Below are positions 9,744-20,928 of a DNA stretch of 64,000 nt, in pieces; the first letter of the stretch is position 1; the number at the start of each line of letters is the position of its first letter. Under the pieces are notes generated by a model that did not search any database, was not told the DNA's origin, and worked only from the letters and a program-made list of their open reading frames with translations. This DNA is from Paramoeba atlantica. Taxonomy: Eukaryota > Protista > Discosea. The stretch lies in assembly GCA_977017575.1 (NCBI GenBank), contig CDRNVI010000065.1, forward strand, positions 124,001-188,000. The letters are read 5' to 3'. The translations under genes and the position numbers were made by a program.

Positions 9744-12737
9744 CTATTTATTGGTCGAAGCACGATTATCGGGGGGTCGAGCATATTTTAAGGACGAAAA
9801 ACTACACCCCGACCGTTTACCGTGTTCAAAGTGAAATCGCGTGTAGATTTTACACCAGCTCCAGATCCGACGAAGGAATTCTTTCGATTTCGTACCGAAT
9901 TCGAGCATAGAATCATCCACGTATGCACTAACCAGGGCACAGAAGGAATGGAGAGGAACAAGCTGTCCTTTAATTTGTACATGCCGATTTAAGTCTTCGG
10001 ACGTTTTCTTGAAGGCCGTTCTCGCTTCAAGCGAGAGAGTAGAAATTTCCCTTGATCGCTCCAGTAAAAGTCGAAACAAATACAGCCCCTCATAACCTAA
10101 AGGAACAACAACCTTTACTATTTGATTTCGTAGCAAGTTCTGTACGGGATAACCTTTGGAATTTTCAGCCCGGTGCGAGGAATCATGCTGAGGAAGGATG
10201 GATAAGCAACGCCCAGGACACAGGAGGAGGTATCCTACGTGGGCTTGAATGACCACGGGTTCCATCACACTACGAAGAACGCTCGTGACATCCTCTATCG
10301 TAGGTGTTAACACGCTTTGCGGTAGTGTAGTAGCACGTTCTTTCCACCAGCGAAAATACGCCTTTGGATGTTTCGCATTCGGGTGCTGCACAAAAAGTGC
10401 ATCCCACGATAAACGGGACACTAGTTCAATTGACTTCAGCTGATGTGGTGCGTACGAAATTCTACGACTAATGACAGGTCCGAACGCTGCGCCAGAAACA
10501 TCCTTGTGCATCCCCGAAGCAGAAGCTTGATCTTCGACTTCAAGAATTTTTTTCAAGCCGTTCATATTCTTACCATTGGGAGCATTCGAAAAATAGAGGG
10601 CGTACAACGAGTCTATAATGTGCTTTCCACCAGGATTCGATGCCAAAACATCTTCGTCGGTGTAAACCTCTCGAAAACTAGGTTTGGCAGCAAAGGCCCC
10701 CCCTCCCAGTACAATGCAGGACTGAAAGTAACCTTCTAGAAGTGAGAGCACGTAGCATAAGTAGCATGTGAGTTGGGCTCGGATGCTTCCTACTGACTGA
10801 GTAGACATACGGAGTTTGGTTTCAATGTCCATCACATTGAGGTCCTGATCATCAATCTCCGGAATATGTGCTAGTAGTGGGATTCGAAGTTCAGCAACCT
10901 CGTGCTTTAAAAACTCAGGCATGTCAGCACTCGCTGACTTGTGAGAGGATTCAGTCGTTTGGTAGGTAACGGCACCCAGCTCTTCACTCCAGGATGAAGC
11001 AGACGACTTGCCCAACGTGAAAAAGTCCACGATTAGGAGACAAGGATGGTGCTTTCCCAAGCATATATTGTTTCGGCTTTTGATGAATAAGAGAGCGTGC
11101 TTTCTTATCAAACCCATATCTCGTTTTATATGATCATCGACTGGAAACATGTTTTCTAACCTGCAAGCACAAGCCAATAAATTCTTTCGAACCCCATTCA
11201 GTTTAGCGATACACCTTGCCGAATAGTCTTGCAATTTTTGACGCTGTTTGGTCAGGATGTGACGCAATATCTCAACGCCTTTCTTACATCGATATGTTTT
11301 TCGCTGACTCTTTTGAGTTTTATTAGAGTACGGTATAACCGTTTTACTGTGCAAAGAACGCTCAAGGTTACGCCATATTAAGTAATTGCGTCTTAGAGAC
11401 ACGCGCTTCAGTACGAGACCTCTCAAGAGGCGCAAAAAGACAATAGTCTCTGAATTGCTCACATCTACTCTATGACTTGTACCGACGCTGGGAGTACTTT
11501 TTATGAAGGTCTGCGCGACTTCATTATCGGATTTATTGGGAGGGGAGGAAGAACTAGGAATTCCCCCTAGTGAAGGTTCAGACCTCAACGTTAAATCAAT
11601 GTTCCGTGCTTCATTGGTCGCAACAGAGCCAATATCTCTCGCTTGGTGTTCTGTCGTAACGCCGCCTTTTAGTTCTAGACATCGGAAAGCAAGATAGCTT
11701 TTGGTATTCATTGCTGAAGGGGACAGGATACGTCCGCTACGCGTCTGGGATGATAAATGTTGTATTAAATCAGAAAGGTTGTTCGAAAGAGAGTGTACGG
11801 CATCCCGCAAAGATCCATCCCGAGTAAGGACAAAGATTTCCTTTATAGCGGATGCCGTACTTGTTCCACAGTTGTAATGGGGGAGAATGGCACAAAACAT
11901 GGCGTATAATATCCACAAGTCACCGCTGTCGGCGCCTCGGGGTACTCGAATCAGTGTGACTTGATTCTGCTTGACAATCGGAAGCGAAGGGCTGAGGACT
12001 CCAGCGATTCCTTGTTCATCAATGAGGATCATATGCGTCTTTTCGTTCGGAAAACTGTCAGAGACATTTGAAAATATATCTAGATCATAGAATCCACCTT
12101 CGTTGGCGTAATCCATGATGAGAAGCCGTTCGATTTGGAAGTAAGGAATCTCTTGGAGTAGTCTCCGAGCCTTTTCTGCGACCCGATCATGTCTCTCAGT
12201 GAAACAATTTCCATTTTGCGTCAATGATGAGTTTAAAGTTTTATTCATTAATACATTTGCACCACTAGATTCATCAACTAAACTTGCATCATTAATATAT
12301 TTCACCCCAGTAACTTTTCGAAGCCTGGCGTCGTCAACGGCACTGAGTTCCTCTTTAGATCTTTTAGAGCGTACGTAACGTGTGGCATTCGCAGCAAATT
12401 GGCTCGGTAAATTCAATATGGAGCGATACATAAGTTCAAGTCCTAAACGTACGAGGTCATCTGTACCATAACAACTAGGAGTAGAAATTTCACCAGACGC
12501 AATGGAATCTTTAAATTTAGTTTTTAGAGGCAAGTCGTCCAACCGCTTCTTGCTGATGGATAATTCCTCAGAAACAGGCTTCTTATTTCTAGGTTGACTT
12601 CGAGACCGCTCTTTTTCGGTAGTCATATTATAATTACTGCGCGCTTCCGCTGTCTTTGCAAAAAATGGACAAGAGTTGGTAAACATGGCTTTTCGCTGAA
12701 GAAGGCAAACACGTCTCATGAGGACTTCGTCTTCCAA
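9744..12737 (-). CDS. large hypothetical protein with a possible NYN/PIN-like nuclease domain
   Basis: 997-aa ORF (track start is TTG, first ATG at 12719). Motifs LLIMDYAN ... GADSGDLWI ... IFVLTRDGSL resemble PIN/NYN acidic motifs. Confidence 0.65.
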   Translation of the reverse strand: MEDEVLMRRVCLLQRKAMFTNSCPFFAKTAEARSNYNMTTEKERSRSQPRNKKPVSEELSISKKRLDDLPLKTKFKDSIASGEISTPSCYGTDDLVRLGLELMYRSILNLPSQFAANATRYVRSKRSKEELSAVDDARLRKVTGVKYINDASLVDESSGANVLMNKTLNSSLTQNGNCFTERHDRVAEKARRLLQEIPYFQIERLLIMDYANEGGFYDLDIFSNVSDSFPNEKTHMILIDEQGIAGVLSPSLPIVKQNQVTLIRVPRGADSGDLWILYAMFCAILPHYNCGTSTASAIKEIFVLTRDGSLRDAVHSLSNNLSDLIQHLSSQTRSGRILSPSAMNTKSYLAFRCLELKGGVTTEHQARDIGSVATNEARNIDLTLRSEPSLGGIPSSSSPPNKSDNEVAQTFIKSTPSVGTSHRVDVSNSETIVFLRLLRGLVLKRVSLRRNYLIWRNLERSLHSKTVIPYSNKTQKSQRKTYRCKKGVEILRHILTKQRQKLQDYSARCIAKLNGVRKNLLACACRLENMFPVDDHIKRDMGLIRKHALLFIKSRNNICLGKHHPCLLIVDFFTLGKSSASSWSEELGAVTYQTTESSHKSASADMPEFLKHEVAELRIPLLAHIPEIDDQDLNVMDIETKLRMSTQSVGSIRAQLTCYLCYVLSLLEGYFQSCIVLGGGAFAAKPSFREVYTDEDVLASNPGGKHIIDSLYALYFSNAPNGKNMNGLKKILEVEDQASASGMHKDVSGAAFGPVISRRISYAPHQLKSIELVSRLSWDALFVQHPNAKHPKAYFRWWKERATTLPQSVLTPTIEDVTSVLRSVMEPVVIQAHVGYLLLCPGRCLSILPQHDSSHRAENSKGYPVQNLLRNQIVKVVVPLGYEGLYLFRLLLERSREISTLSLEARTAFKKTSEDLNRHVQIKGQLVPLHSFCALVSAYVDDSMLEFGTKSKEFLRRIWSWCKIYTRFHFEHGKRSGCSFSSLKYARPPDNRASTNK

Positions 12738-13272
12738 ATGTTGAAGGTAACAGTTTTCACATCATGCGACCTTCTTTATCTACGCAATATTCATTTGAAA
12801 TAATAATAAATAAACCCATTAGAGAGGTTGTAGAGTAAATAAAATATTGAAACAAAAAAACCAAGAAACATTCATGCTCCATTACATACGGCACACTATA
12901 AGAACGAAAATAATAGCGCATTACTTTTATCATCATTTTTATCACATAATGAAAGCTCATGAAAACCTACGTGCATGTATTTTGCACGAAGACTTCTTTA
13001 TTTCAAGCTCTACGACATGACTATAAGGTTTCAGCTTAAAAACCAACAACTATCAAATGTATTTGACATTGTAAAATCTCTAATAGACTAGCAAAGATAG
13101 CGAATTGCGGTAGGTTTAATTAGATTTGATTTCTTACGTGCGTTTCCATGTACATGCAGATCTCTGCAGAAAATATAATTAGTCCTCTTTGCGATTCGAG
13201 AATCTCAACCAAACGAAATATACACAACGAAGAACACGCTACTAGTCGATCCCATTCCTTCTGTTTTCCGTC

Positions 13273-14196
13273 TCATACCATCATACCCATACTAATCAAC
13301 GGCGAGGCATAGTGCCCGGGACCGGGAGTACAAGACAGACGCTCGAAATGTGGCAATCTAGACGAGGTCGCGGAAAACGACGCCCGAGAACTGTTCGGAA
13401 TCCGATGCAAAGGATCCCGCGCGGATGTCGGCACTACCGCCCCCTTCGCATTAGCATTTTTTCGCGGAAGCACTGCCTCCCTCGGTTGCGTCGGTGGCCG
13501 GGTCCAGAAACTTCCCCTCCCCTTTTGCTGCACCTCCCCAACTCCGCCTTTCACACCATAATACCGTCCCGCCCCCTCCGTCTTCCCCAACGGAATCCGA
13601 GGCGCCCGGGAGCGCATACTCCCAGAAGCCTCCCTCCTCCTCACATCCCCCATCCCGGGAACCGCATAATGCACCCCAGGACCGTACTTCCCCAAACTGC
13701 CCCCCGCCCCACTCCCCAGCACACACCGCTCCGAGCCCGACCGCATCGAGGCACTGGGCAGTACCCGGTGATGCGCCCAACAAGAACCCGAAGCCGAAAA
13801 GGATCTCTCCCCCATCGTTTTATCCTTTGTAGCATAAAACGGTACCCCCTGGGTCGCGCTCCCGGGCTGTGGTCGGGCCGGGGCGCTGCTTCGGGACCGC
13901 CGACTCCCCCCGGCACTCTTCTTGCCCTCCCCCCTCCCGGGGAGCGTCACGGGGGGGTACGCTACTTGACCGACACTCTCGTTTACCTTTGCCGTATGCC
14001 TTTGACTGGAAGAAGCGTTGGAGGAGGGGAACCGGGGCGCTGTGAAGTTCATCGCGTACTTCCCTTTGTGGGGCTCATGCCGGGAGCGCGCGGTGCGGTA
14101 GGCGCGCATGCGCTGGAGGGTCTGGGCATGGAGGGAGGGGGGAGCGGGGGGGGAGGAGTAGGCGGATGCGGTGTCCTCGTGGGGGTCACGGGGCAT
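13273..14196 (-). CDS. GC-rich hypothetical protein with PGPGxY-like motifs (ODF3/SHIPPO-repeat-like)
   Basis: ATG on the cluster strand, preceded by a sense-strand pyrimidine tract (14210-14295). Motifs YGPGVHYAVP, GAGRYYGV and TPGPGHYASP. Confidence 0.5.
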   Translation of the reverse strand: MPRDPHEDTASAYSSPPAPPSLHAQTLQRMRAYRTARSRHEPHKGKYAMNFTAPRFPSSNASSSQRHTAKVNESVGQVAYPPVTLPGRGEGKKSAGGSRRSRSSAPARPQPGSATQGVPFYATKDKTMGERSFSASGSCWAHHRVLPSASMRSGSERCVLGSGAGGSLGKYGPGVHYAVPGMGDVRRREASGSMRSRAPRIPLGKTEGAGRYYGVKGGVGEVQQKGRGSFWTRPPTQPREAVLPRKNANAKGAVVPTSARDPLHRIPNSSRASFSATSSRLPHFERLSCTPGPGHYASPLISMGMMV

Positions 14197-14649
14197 GGGG
14201 GGGTGAGATAGAGGTAAAGAAAGGTAGAATAGGGTTCTTAGGTAAAGGTTAGGAGTTCAAAAAAGAGAAAAGAGAAAGGAAGAAAGGTGGGGGGGTGTGT
14301 GTCAATCGAAGTTGAGACCGTTTTGTTAATTTGTTTAGACGAGATCGGGATGGAGAAGATTCGGGACATTTTTTTAGATACACCCCTGTTTATTCTTGGG
14401 TAGACTTATTTGCGAATTCTGTTTCATTGAACTCACAATAGGTGCTATTCAGTACATGTCAACTAAAAGAACCTGATAAAAGAGTTTTTCCAATGTATCT
14501 AATCAACGTGTAAAAATACAATAAATTATGAACATCCAATAGATTTACAAATTTGCCGGATGGGTGCCTTTGCCAATAGTGAGTGCCTCTTTACGTCGCA
14601 AAAAAAAGGTCAGGAAGCTTCAAGAGCAGTGTTCTTGCCGTTAACTTGG

Positions 14650-17600
14650 CTACCAAACATTGTGCAAATTCCGTGTAAAGAGCTTACGATTATACTTTGA
14701 CATTCGACAAACTTCACAAAGTTCGCCTTCGAAACGCACCAAGGCAGGAGACACACAGTATTTGCACCAAACGACCGAATCCTTTTCTGAGCTTTTTATT
14801 TCACAATGAGACGCGGAGCACACAGTAAACATGTTCGTTGGATCATACTCTACCTGGTGAGCGTTGTCCAATTTTTGTGTGCTGATTAATTTACATGCTT
14901 GCTGCTCTACTGCAGGAGGAAGTGAGAACTCCAAAAGACGCGCTGCTACATTTGTCGCAAGACCAAAATTTCCAGCTTTGTAACATAGCACCATAGCACT
15001 TCGAAGAGCCAATATTAAGTGCTCTTGCTGCAGGTCAAAGTGAGTGAAATACAAAGCCAGCTTAAGCGAGGTTGGAATGTCTCCTGGGTGTGTAGCTAAG
15101 TGCTTTCGTCGATATAATTCCGTATTGAGTGCTTGGATGTATGAGACGGCTGGTAAGAATACCTTAGATTCGATTTCTTGAGCTTCCTCTGAGGATGGCA
15201 CTACAATTGTGGGATATGTACAAAGTACTTTATGAAAAGTTTGGGACGCATCCAAAAATTTCCCTTCTGTGGTTAATTTCATCGCTTCATTGAGTTGGAA
15301 ATCAATAAACTCGCGAGTGATGGGAAGGCGCTTGGTAAGATCATCAAAAGAAGCATTGCCCAATGGCCCTTCGACATCCCTCAATTTCCCCATGTACGGT
15401 AGAATGCAATCAAAGTGGCATATACCGCATTGCTCGAGTAATAAATGCATCGCCCGATCACCATCCCCGGTTAGCATGGCGTAGATGGGCATATCATCCC
15501 TGCCCTGATTTTTGTCGAATTCGTAGTCACTCATGGCATCCCATTGATCGAACTGGTCGGTTTGCTTCTCTTCCATATCTAATTCGAGATCCCAAGCTTC
15601 ACTAGCGGTGCGCGTGCTCGGAGAACGTAAACTCGAATGGTCCGTAAAATGCATTTCGTTGTCCAGAACACGCTCCTTTGTGCGGGTAGGATTCTTATAT
15701 GAATCAGAAAAAGTTTCACTTGTTGTCTTTTCTGGAAAGTCTTTGACCAAATCATGCTGATAAAATTCGTCAACATTTTCCGTTTCGTCTTCAAGGTGAG
15801 GCCACACTGCGATTTTGCGCAACTCAGCGAACTCTAGAGAAGAATCCTGCATGCTGAACAGCCCCGAGGGCTGCTTTTGGGTTTCTAGGTTTGCGCAACG
15901 TTGGATCAGATTATCCAGACACAATTGCGCCTCACATTCATTATCCGCACCTTTGTCGTTATCTCTGGAGTCGTAGATACATTGTACACGATTCTTGAAC
16001 TTCTCTTCAAGCTCTTGAATGATATCGCTACCCATGTGTCTCGTTCTCGCCAGAGCAAGCGCCAGAGCGTACTGCCCTGATTGCACCAATACATCTAACT
16101 GTTTCGTATGATTCCCCAGGATCATAGAGTAGGTAGTGGTAAGGTGGGGGCATGTGGATTTTTCCACGAGTGTTTCCAAACTCTCTAAATTGCCAAGTAG
16201 GAGATGCGTTTCAGCTTGAGAATTTTCATCGTTTGTACTTTCGTATGCCTCAAGAGCAGAAAGCGCGTCGCCATGTTCCCATGCAGCACGTGAAAAGTGC
16301 TGCCAAATATCCGAAGTATCCAATTCCTTCGCATACTTCCTGGCTTCGTTCAGCTTACCTTTTTCTAAAGAAAGAAAAAATTTACTCCGTGAATCTCTCA
16401 CAAAATATTCTGCCATGGGTCGAAGATTTTTCTTGCTGAGCAGATAGGCAGCGAGCGCTTGTCCGTGTACCTTCTTCCCACGAAGGATCTCATTTACGGC
16501 GGCGTGTTCGTGAAATGAAAGGGCTTGCTTTAAATGGAGTTCCGTGAGATCAATTTCCAAAGGACAAACCGAAGATGCGTCTGTAATAAAAAACGCTGTT
16601 TTTTCGAATACTGCAGCAAGATACAGCTTCTTCTTTGAGGAAATTTCACGAACCGTACCTACGTGACCGTTTGAAAGAACGAATTTAAGATGAGCAGTAG
16701 TTGCAAAAAAGATTGCGTTGGTTAAAGGTAGGGAAGATAATTGTGACGTTCGGTGCTTCTGGCGACTTACATTTCCAAAAACACAGCTTGTGATTTCTCG
16801 ATGAAGCTCCTTCACTTTAAAAAGAGTTCCAAGACGAGTACTGTCACACACGATCAACTCATTTTTAGCTACTAAGACTATAACGGACCGCAGCTGAACG
16901 GTGTTGTCTTCAGAGGTGTATGCATAATCATCTTGCGAATGCACGCCGACTAGATCTTTAACAGAATCTCTACAGGAAATTACAGAAGCTTTTCCATTGA
17001 GATCGACTTCTAATAAAAGAATATGTGTCGGTGTGCTTGCAAGGACGTTATTTTCGGACCCAGACAAGGTGTACAATGTATGAATCTCTGTTAATCCACC
17101 ATTTAGCACCGTAGAAGCGGGATCAATTTCACCATGAAAAGATTCGCCCCTTTTAATCTCGGTCAATGGCATGCTGCTTACTGTTTCGTTTTGAAGATTC
17201 TTGATCAATAGATTCGATTGATCCAATGCGATAATACGCCCGCTTCCGCAAAACGCTGTGCTCGAATAATAACCCTTGCGCATCTCTACTGCTGCCCGTT
17301 GAGTGGGTGTTTTTGATCCAATCGTATAAAGTTCATATCGCGGGCTTGTTTCATCAAATATACAAAGTGCTGCTTCAACATTCTCTACGTAGTACAAATG
17401 ATTTGGGATTCCTTTTCGGCGTAACGAACAAATGATGCTTTCCTTTCTAGTGTCGAAATTATAAGTGTAGAGTGTTCCTTCCCGTACGTAATACAGACCA
17501 GCTACATGCCCAGGTTCTGCGTTAAAATGTACGCCTCGTGAATATGCCGGGTGCTCGGATCGTAGTCTCGTGACGCCAAACCCGTGATCATACCCAAAAG

Positions 17601-18648
17601 CTATGAGACCGTTTTCATTCACTGCTAGGGACCAGATACGGCCTACCTGACCGGCATGCAATCCACCAGGTCGGCTGATAGTCTTGATTGCGTTGCCATT
17701 TTCGGTATTCCACATCCGTATTGTTCCGTCCTCCGATGCACTTAGAATATTCGAGGTTTCGACGTCTAGTAGTACACAGGTTACATTTCCTGTGTGACCC
17801 CTCAGCTGCTCTAGCTCATATCCAGGGAAAGGTGCTGTTTCATTGTACATCATTGTCGTCGAACACGCCTCATCAATACTCCACACTCGAATCGTTTTGT
17901 CATCCGAGCCACTGACCAACAGAGGACGGGTGGGATGAAACGCAACGCTATTCACGGCTCGCTCATGCCCCTCCAGAATACATCTCACAAATATTTCGTT
18001 CGCAAACAAATCCGGTGCAAGCAACGGAAGAGCTGCGGGCAAGGAACGAGAATCGGAACCGTAGGAATCCGTACCATCTGACAACACCCCGGCACTTCTC
18101 GCGAGCTCGGACAAACTTGGCGCTGGCTTCCGTGTACGCACGCCGGTAATATCCCAAATCCGGATGGTTTGATCCAACGACCCGGAAGCCACTAAATCGG
18201 GGCTTTGCCCACTCGGGTGAAACACCCCACACATGACGTAGTGGTTGTGCCCGGCGAGTACCCCGAGGCAGGTGCGGGACTGCCAGTTCCACAGCCGTAG
18301 CACCTGGTCGTCACTCCCGGAGAGCAACCAGGGCTGCTCGGTGTGAAAGGAGACGCAGCGGACGTAGTCCAAGTGGCCGACCAGGGTGGCTGTGATCCGT
18401 CGCTGAGCGTAACTCCACAGACGAACTTTGGTGTCATCCCCCCCGGAGGCGAAGAGGGGCTGGTGGGGGTGGAAGCACACCGCGCGGACGGCGCCCTGGT
18501 GCTCATTTGCGTATCGTTCTTGGAGGGTTTGGTTCTGGTAGTCCCAAATCTCGAGTTTTCCGTCGTGCAGCCCGACAAGGATCCAGGGACGTTCGGCGTG
18601 AAAGCTCAGGGCTTTGACACGAGCGGAGTGTAAGGAGAATTCGCTCAT
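14650..18648 (-). CDS. COPA: coatomer subunit alpha (COPI)
   Basis: SARVKALSFH...WD40 repeats GHLDYVR / GHNHYVMC, and a C-terminal Cys-rich end (CKYCVSP...CEVC). The likely ATG is 18648; the track extends to 18720. Confidence 0.92.
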   Translation of the reverse strand: MSEFSLHSARVKALSFHAERPWILVGLHDGKLEIWDYQNQTLQERYANEHQGAVRAVCFHPHQPLFASGGDDTKVRLWSYAQRRITATLVGHLDYVRCVSFHTEQPWLLSGSDDQVLRLWNWQSRTCLGVLAGHNHYVMCGVFHPSGQSPDLVASGSLDQTIRIWDITGVRTRKPAPSLSELARSAGVLSDGTDSYGSDSRSLPAALPLLAPDLFANEIFVRCILEGHERAVNSVAFHPTRPLLVSGSDDKTIRVWSIDEACSTTMMYNETAPFPGYELEQLRGHTGNVTCVLLDVETSNILSASEDGTIRMWNTENGNAIKTISRPGGLHAGQVGRIWSLAVNENGLIAFGYDHGFGVTRLRSEHPAYSRGVHFNAEPGHVAGLYYVREGTLYTYNFDTRKESIICSLRRKGIPNHLYYVENVEAALCIFDETSPRYELYTIGSKTPTQRAAVEMRKGYYSSTAFCGSGRIIALDQSNLLIKNLQNETVSSMPLTEIKRGESFHGEIDPASTVLNGGLTEIHTLYTLSGSENNVLASTPTHILLLEVDLNGKASVISCRDSVKDLVGVHSQDDYAYTSEDNTVQLRSVIVLVAKNELIVCDSTRLGTLFKVKELHREITSCVFGNVSRQKHRTSQLSSLPLTNAIFFATTAHLKFVLSNGHVGTVREISSKKKLYLAAVFEKTAFFITDASSVCPLEIDLTELHLKQALSFHEHAAVNEILRGKKVHGQALAAYLLSKKNLRPMAEYFVRDSRSKFFLSLEKGKLNEARKYAKELDTSDIWQHFSRAAWEHGDALSALEAYESTNDENSQAETHLLLGNLESLETLVEKSTCPHLTTTYSMILGNHTKQLDVLVQSGQYALALALARTRHMGSDIIQELEEKFKNRVQCIYDSRDNDKGADNECEAQLCLDNLIQRCANLETQKQPSGLFSMQDSSLEFAELRKIAVWPHLEDETENVDEFYQHDLVKDFPEKTTSETFSDSYKNPTRTKERVLDNEMHFTDHSSLRSPSTRTASEAWDLELDMEEKQTDQFDQWDAMSDYEFDKNQGRDDMPIYAMLTGDGDRAMHLLLEQCGICHFDCILPYMGKLRDVEGPLGNASFDDLTKRLPITREFIDFQLNEAMKLTTEGKFLDASQTFHKVLCTYPTIVVPSSEEAQEIESKVFLPAVSYIQALNTELYRRKHLATHPGDIPTSLKLALYFTHFDLQQEHLILALRSAMVLCYKAGNFGLATNVAARLLEFSLPPAVEQQACKLISTQKLDNAHQVEYDPTNMFTVCSASHCEIKSSEKDSVVWCKYCVSPALVRFEGELCEVCRMSKYNRKLFTRNLHNVW

Positions 18649-18819
18649 AAAATAAGTAGATACTACCCAGTAGATAATATGTTTTTGATGAGAAATGAGT
18701 GTGGTAAAAAGGTGTGACAAGTTAAAGTTTTTTAAGGAATTATCTTTTATCTAAAACCAAATTTACCACTTTGTTACCATTATCTAACCGCACTACAGTG
18801 TTCGTCGTCACTACCACAT

Positions 18820-18889
18820 CATTCGGTTCAAAATCCATTATGCGCCACCTAAAGGTTTAGGCACACAACTTCACAAGAAGAACCCAATG
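18820..18889 (-). promoter_or_regulatory. SECIS element (type II, GUGA variant)
   Basis: Sense RNA: CAUUGGGUUC UUCUUG UGAA GUUGUGUGCC U AAA CCU UU AGG U GGCGCAUAAU GGAU UUU GAACCGAAUG. It shows helix I, a UGAN/NGAN quartet, a 10-bp helix II, unpaired AAA and an apical mini-helix, 32 nt after the TAG. Confidence 0.9.
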
Positions 18890-18921
18890 GAGCGAAGGAG
18901 TGACGGCTCACATTCCCTTCC

Positions 18922-20544
18922 CTACCCTCAGCATCCCGGGACCTTTGGGGTAGGAAAATCTCGCTTTCGCACAAGGCTGCCTATACACTCCGCCATGGTA
19001 GGATGAATGCCCATCGTTTGCCGCAGTGTTCGTAGCGTCAACCCGGCGTGCATGGCAACAGCTATGCCTTGCGTAATCTCCCCCGCATGGGGACACGTAA
19101 GGTGCCAACCAATGACGGTTTCATTCGTATCCCTCCCTCGGGCGTTGTCTGCATCCAAAGGAGCATCGAGATCTCGCCGTGTGATGACTTTGAGAAAGCA
19201 CAAGTCACGTGGGAGGCCGGGTAGCGTCCACTCAAGGGGGCAAAAGGCAGTGTGATAGACTTCGATTTGTTTTTCAGGATAGAGCGCACACGCTTGTTCC
19301 TCACTCGGGCCAATGCGACCGTACTCCAAAGGTGTGAATACGGTTGTGGGCATGGCTTGAGCAAAAAAGTGTACCGTCTCCCGGGCTCGTTCTGAAAACA
19401 GATTGTTCGCCAGTGTTCGACCCGAGCGTATGGCGACTGGGGTAAGTTCCGCACCTCCACGAACGACATCTCCAATGGCGTACACCTGAGGGTGTGAGGT
19501 CTTCGCAAATTCATCGGTAATAATATGATGTGTGCTCGGATCGATTTTCACGCCCAACGTGTCGAAACCCAACCCCGTAGTTTGGGGGCGGCGTCCCATC
19601 GCAAACAGAACCGTATCACAGTCCATAACACCGCCCTTCATAGTATGCAATCGAAGCTTTGGAGAATTTGATGCAACATTCGATTCCACACGTACTAATT
19701 CCTTTGGTTGGTCGTACACGAAATCGACTGAGTCCGCCATGGACTGTACGACCCTGGCCACAGCGTCCTTGTCAAAACCACGCAGCGGGGTAGAGCGAAC
19801 CAACACGGAGGGCCGGTTCAACGGCCTTTCCCCTTCATGAGATGCGTACTTCGCGAAGCTCCCTAGAAATCCAGCACACTCCAGTGCAATGTATCCTGCC
19901 CCCACCACCACGACCTTTTCTGGGTCTTTGTTCAACCAAAACAAATCATCGGAGGTGATGCCAAAACGTTGGGCCCTCGGAATCGAGGGATACTGCGGCC
20001 GTCCCCCTGTCGCCACCACCACGTGACGAGCATGCATGGTCGTAGAGCTCTCGGAGCTATCGGGGTCCGTACACCTCACCGCCACACAAGCCCCGTGGCC
20101 GTGTTCCCCCGTAACCCACGCTCTGGCATTCACATAATCCACGTTTAACTCCTGACACGCCACTCGGGTACTAAAATTCAGCGAGCGTATGTAATTGGTG
20201 ACATTCTCTCGAAGTGTGCTCCACTGCATTCGATATCTCGGAACACTATCCTTTTCGGAATTACACAAACCCCAGCCAAAATACGGTGCCATGTGCGAAA
20301 GGATCTCACCCTGCTGCGCGGCAACATGAAACAATTTCTTCGGGATGCAGCCAACGTTGACACAGGTGCCGCCGAGACCCCAGGAGGTGCCGTAGGGACT
20401 CGGGGGGACGTAGTCGACCAGCGCCACTGAGGCGCCGAGTTTGGCCGCCTGGGTCGCACAGGCCACCCCCCCACTACCGCCACCGATGACCAGCAGGTCG
20501 TAGACACTCTTGGGAAGGTGAAACACACCGGAGCGTAATAACAT
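18922..20544 (-). CDS. TXNRD: high-Mr thioredoxin reductase, selenoprotein (C-terminal Gly-Cys-Sec-Gly)
   Basis: GGGSGG FAD site, GGTCVNVGCIPKK redox centre, HPTxAE motif. The 3' end reads GGA TGC TGA GGG TAG, with TGA at 18930-18928 and the true stop TAG at 18924-18922. Confidence 0.92.
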
Positions 20545-20928
20545 GGGATTGTTAGTTCATGGAAGAATGGTACTGTGCTCTTTGAGCAGAGTACGATGGA
20601 GAGAATAGGATAATAATCTAAGCAAAATAAGAAGTGTTTCGGGAAACGTATGTTTGGTGGAGAAGACACAAAAAAGAGATCAAGTAGGGGAGAGTCAAAA
20701 TGTAGTTTTTGTGACATGTGTAAAAAACAGAAAGAGCTCGACTATACTCGTCTTCAGGAATAAAAAAAGTGTGTTATCTTTCGCCCATATAACCGAAGAA
20801 AAGGAATACCGTATGCCTTAAGATAAAAAAACGGGAAATTTCGATGCGTGTTTGGGTGACTGCTTAAAGGAAGAAGCAAAAGAAGCCGCATCATAAAGCT
20901 AAAACAGCTTGCTAATACCTAATTGCAG

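Noticed and set aside
13312-14211. 299-aa plus-strand ORF
   Set aside because: It is open because the region is GC-rich, it is the antisense of 13273..14196, and its product is low-complexity Pro/Arg.
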